Shown here: in pieces, positions 60,480 to 64,000 of the stretch
How the letters are laid out: every line of letters starts with the position of its first letter
How positions within the stretch are numbered: position 1 is the stretch's first letter
Program-made: the position numbers and the translations under genes
Assembly: GCF_963576615.1 (NCBI RefSeq)
Contig: NC_088717.1
Coordinates: forward strand, 57,954,749-58,018,748
Reading direction: 5' to 3'
Source of the DNA: Watersipora subatra
Taxonomy: Eukaryota
DNA: 64,000 nucleotides
The notes under the pieces: generated by a model
What the model saw: only the letters and a program-made list of their open reading frames with translations
What the model was told of the DNA's origin: nothing
Databases searched by the model: none

Positions 60480-62390
60480 GATATACTAGGTGATGTCTAA
60501 AACAAAATGTGAAAAAATACAGCATATAAAATACCACATATAAAACACAGCATATAGAATACCACATATAAAACACAGCATATAAAATACCACATATAAA
60601 ACACAGCATATAAAATACCACATATAAAAAACAGCATATAAAATACCACATATAAAACACAGCATATAGAATACCACATATAAAACACAGCATATAAAAT
60701 ACCACATATAAAACACAGCATATAAAATACCACATATAAAACACAGCATATAAAATACCACATATAAAACACAGCATATAGAATACCACATATAAAACAC
60801 AGCATATAGAATACCACATATAAAACACAGCATATAAAATACCACATATAAAACACAGCATATAGAATACCACATATAAAACACAGCATATAGAATACCA
60901 CATATAAAACACAGCATATAAAATACCACATATAGAATACCACATATAAAACACAGCATATAGAATACCACATATAAAACACAGCATATAAAATACCACA
61001 TATAAAACACAGCATATAAAATACCACATATAAAACACAGCATATAAAATACCACATATAAAACACAGCATATAGAATACCACATATAAAACACAGCATA
61101 TAAAATACCACATATAGAATACCACATATAAAACACAGCATATAGAATACCACATATAAAACACAGCATATAAAACACAGCATATAAAACACAGCATATA
61201 AAACACAGCATATAAAATACCACATATAAAACACAGCATATAAAATACCACATATAAAACACAGCATATAAAATACCACATATAAAACACAGCATATAGA
61301 ATACCACATATAAAACACAGCATATAAAATACCACATATAAAACACAGCATATAAAACACAGCATATAGAATACCACATATAAAACACAGCATATAAAAT
61401 ACCACATATAAAACACAGCATATAAAATACCACATATAAAACACAGCATATAGAATACCACATATAAAACACAGCATATAAAATACCACATATAAAACAC
61501 AGCATATAAAATACCACATATAAAACACAGCATATAAAATACCACATATAAAACACAGCATATAAAACACAGCATATAGAATACCACATATAAAACACAG
61601 CATATAGAATACCACATATAAAACACAGCATATAAAACACAGCATATAAAACACAGCATATAAAACACAGCATATAAAACATAGCATATAAAACACAGCA
61701 TATAAAACACAGCATATAAAATACCACATATAAAACACAGCATATAAAATACCAAAATAAAACACAGCATATAAAATACCACATATAAAACACAGCATAT
61801 AGAATACCACATATAAAACACAGCATATAAAATACCACATATAAAACACAGCATATAAAATACCACATATAAAACACAGCATATAGAATACCACATATAA
61901 AACACAGCATATAAAATACCACATATAAAACACAGCATATAAAATACCACATATAAAACACAGCATATAAAATACCACATATAAAACACAGCATATAAAA
62001 CACAGCATATAAAACACAGCATATAAAACACAGCATATAAAACACAGCATATAAAACACAGCATATAAAACACAGCATATAAAATACCACATATAAAACA
62101 CAGCATATAAAATACCACATATAAAACACAGCATATAAAATACCACATATAAAACACAGCATATAAAACACAGCATATAGAATACCACATATAAAACACA
62201 GCATATAAAACACAGCATATAAAACACAGCATATAAAATACCACATATAAAACACAGCATATAAAATACCACATATAAAACACAGCATATAGAATACCAC
62301 ATATAAAACACAGCATATAAAATACTACATATAAAACACAGCATATAAAATACTACATATAAAACACAGCATATAAAATATCAAAGATAT
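60480..62390. repeat. Minisatellite, 28 bp unit acacagcatataaaataccacatataaa (with 14 bp sub-units), about 68 copies (about 1.9 kb), in an intron of the GH27-like gene
   Basis: Visual periodicity. It is the source of the 604-615 aa stop-free minus-strand ORFs. Confidence 0.95.
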
Positions 62391-62439
62391 CCCTAAGTTA
62401 ATTTAAAGTTTATGTAGGTTAGACAAGCTCTGTATCTTT

Positions 62440-63170
62440 ATCCCTACCATTAGACTATGCACCACCCATCTCCTGTATCTCCTGTGACACCAAAGCTACA
62501 CCCCTATACAGCCAACTCTAACGTAAAGACAACCTGACCATACACCACCATTACCTATGCACCACCCATCTCCTGTATCTCCTGTGACACCAAAGCTACA
62601 CCCCTATACAGCCAACTCTAACGTAAAGACAACCTGACCATACACTACCATTACCTATGCACCACCCATCTCCTGTATCTCCTGTGACACCAAAGCTACA
62701 CCCCTATACAGCCAACTCTAACGTAAAGACAACCTGACCATACACCACCATTACCTATGCACCACCCATCTCCTGTATCTCCTGTGACACCGAAGCTACA
62801 TCCCTATACAGCCATCTCTAACGTAAAGACAACCTGACCATACACCACCATTAGCCTATGCACCACCCATCTCCTGTATCTCCTGTATCTCCTGTGACAC
62901 CAAAGCTACACCCCTGTACAGCCAACTCTAACGTAAAGATAATCTGACCATACACCACCATTAGCCTATGCACCGTCCATCTCCTGTATCTCCTGTGACA
63001 CCAAAGCTACACCCCTATACAGCCAACTCTAACGTAAAGACAATCTGACCATACACCACCATTAGCCTATGCACCACCCATCTCCTGTATCTCCTGGATC
63101 TCCTGTGACACCAAAGCTACACACCTGTACAGCCAACTCTAACGTAAAGACAACCTGACCATAAAAACCT
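62440..63170. repeat. About 100 bp tandem repeat, about 7 copies (ctatgcaccacccatctcctgtatctcctgtgacaccaaagctacacccctatacagccaactctaacgtaaagacaacctgaccatacaccaccattac)
   Basis: The ctatgc anchor recurs at 62455, 62555, 62655, 62755, 62856, 62956 and 63067. Confidence 0.9.
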
Positions 63171-63452
63171 TTTTATTTCTAGCGACTATTACTCTATTTA
63201 GTTTGTTTCTAGGAATCTAGTTTTTACATCCTTATAGAAAGCATTTGTTAAATTATCTATGTAATTACTTGAAGGTCTTTGGGCTGTAAAACGAATTAAA
63301 TGAAGTATTTGCACCAACATACGAAACAAATCACAAAATGAGTTAAATTCAGATACGATCGTGGACCAAAAACGAATCAACAGTTATAATAACAAGCTAA
63401 CAACATCTACACAGATAAGGGTTTAAGGTACTAAAATATCTAAATAACTCAC

Positions 63453-63535
63453 AGTTTGGATATATGCTGGCCAGCTGCAAGAGTACATTATTGGTCGTCC
63501 AGTTTTGTTCAGGGCCTTTGACATTGCCGGGTATC
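63453..63535 (-). CDS. GH27 alpha-galactosidase / alpha-N-acetylgalactosaminidase-like exon, equivalent to human GLA exon 4
   Basis: Minus strand. The acceptor is gaattcag|GATACC in phase 1 and the donor is caaact|gtgagt. Peptide (G)[27 protein letters not shown]. Human GLA has [31 protein letters not shown]. The intron positions and phases are identical to human. Confidence 0.75.
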
Positions 63536-63759
63536 CTGAATTCATACCATGTAATTGGTGTGAGTAGAAGGCATGAAATCTTATATGAAAGAGATAATCG
63601 GATAAAAAGTACTTAAAGTGTCTATATTCTAAATTATTATAGTTCCCTTTCAAGCACCTGATAATTGCACAAACATGTAACAAACTTTAGTGCTAGCTTG
63701 TGACACTCTACCTAATTTGCTGCTCTTATTACTCAACTATTATCCAGGGATTACGTGTT

Positions 63760-64000
63760 TGTCACAATTTCCATTTCTATAACATTTCCATAATTCATTT
63801 TCATATTATTTCCATTTCCATAACATTTCCATAATCTATTTCCATATTATTTCCATTTCCATAACATTTCCATAATTCATTTTCATATTATTTCCATTTC
63901 CATAACATTTCCATAATCTATTTCCATATTATTTCCATTTCCATAACATTTCCATAATTCATTTCCATATTATTTCCATTTCCATAACATTTCCATAATT
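63760..64000. repeat. About 31 bp unit (ataacatttccataat[t/c][c/t]attt[t/c]catattatttccatttcc) in two alternating variants, at least 7 copies, running to the window edge
   Basis: Visual periodicity. Confidence 0.85.

Noticed and set aside
60472-62344. Three overlapping minus-strand ORFs of 604-615 aa, Cys/Tyr/Phe/Val-rich and repetitive
   Set aside because: They are translations of the 28 bp minisatellite, which happens to lack stop codons in three frames. The sequence is low complexity with no start context, and it lies inside an intron of the GH27-like gene.
12775-62390. Could the many regular tandem arrays be CRISPR arrays?
   Set aside because: The units are contiguous with no unique spacers. 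The context is spliced eukaryotic genes with no cas genes, so these are minisatellites.
63540-63683. The minus-strand ORF continues upstream of the GH27 exon as ...[13 protein letters not shown], where a GH27 enzyme would carry the catalytic FDGCY motif
   Set aside because: The conserved phase-1 intron position of human GLA (D|GYK) falls exactly at the gaattcag|GA acceptor at 63535-63537. The upstream residues are therefore intronic, not a mutated active site.
1-64000. Prokaryotic-style annotation (operons, RBS, rho-independent terminators)
   Set aside because: GT-AG introns, WD40/NACHT multi-exon genes, retrotransposon and MITE content show that this is metazoan nuclear DNA.

Overview
This window is eukaryotic (metazoan, probably invertebrate) nuclear DNA, not prokaryotic. 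It is intron-rich with GT-AG splice sites and carries many intronic minisatellites and transposable-element copies. Two protein-coding genes are present and converge on each other. (1) A complete or near-complete orthologue of telomerase-associated protein 1 / vault protein TEP1 lies on the + strand from about 10.8 kb to 56.1 kb. Its domain order is TROVE, vWA-like, NACHT (Walker A GEMGIGKT, Walker B LIIMIDGLD), a helical linker, then at least 14 WD40 repeats. I model it as 47 exons whose phases are consistent with each other (exon S placed from the ORF track, see finding 1). Several exon peptides align clearly to human TEP1, recalled from memory: VAIYSRKDLNIR...LPSDWIEVAEIYQ, FISSTFLDMHGERD, DESPFNNQ and NPLYLMLACEQLRF. 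(2) The 3' half of a glycoside-hydrolase family 27 gene (alpha-galactosidase A / alpha-N-acetylgalactosaminidase-like) lies on the - strand from 63.5 kb down to 58.3 kb. Its exon sizes and phases (83, 162, 198 and 249 nt) mirror human GLA exons 4-7. Upstream of TEP1, at 0.95-6.3 kb, is a degenerate Ty3/gypsy-like retroelement on the - strand, ordered gag, protease, RT, RNase H. Three unrelated non-autonomous DNA-element families are also present. One is a roughly 1.5 kb element in three copies, one truncated at the window edge. One is a 320-450 bp MITE in two copies with ggttcacactatatc inverted termini. One is an 810 bp foldback element with about 100 bp terminal inverted repeats. More than 20 tandem-repeat arrays fill the introns, up to 2 kb long (22, 26 and 28 bp units). 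The most unusual observation is that three minisatellite arrays straddle TEP1 exon-intron junctions, so each repeat unit is a splice-site copy. Most copies carry an intact acceptor AG or donor GT (one copy in the exon W array lacks the AG), and in the two arrays I checked the decoy copies would introduce a premature stop if used. All coordinates were read by eye from the sequence and may be off by 1-2 nt. Homology statements rest on recalled protein sequences, not on database searches.
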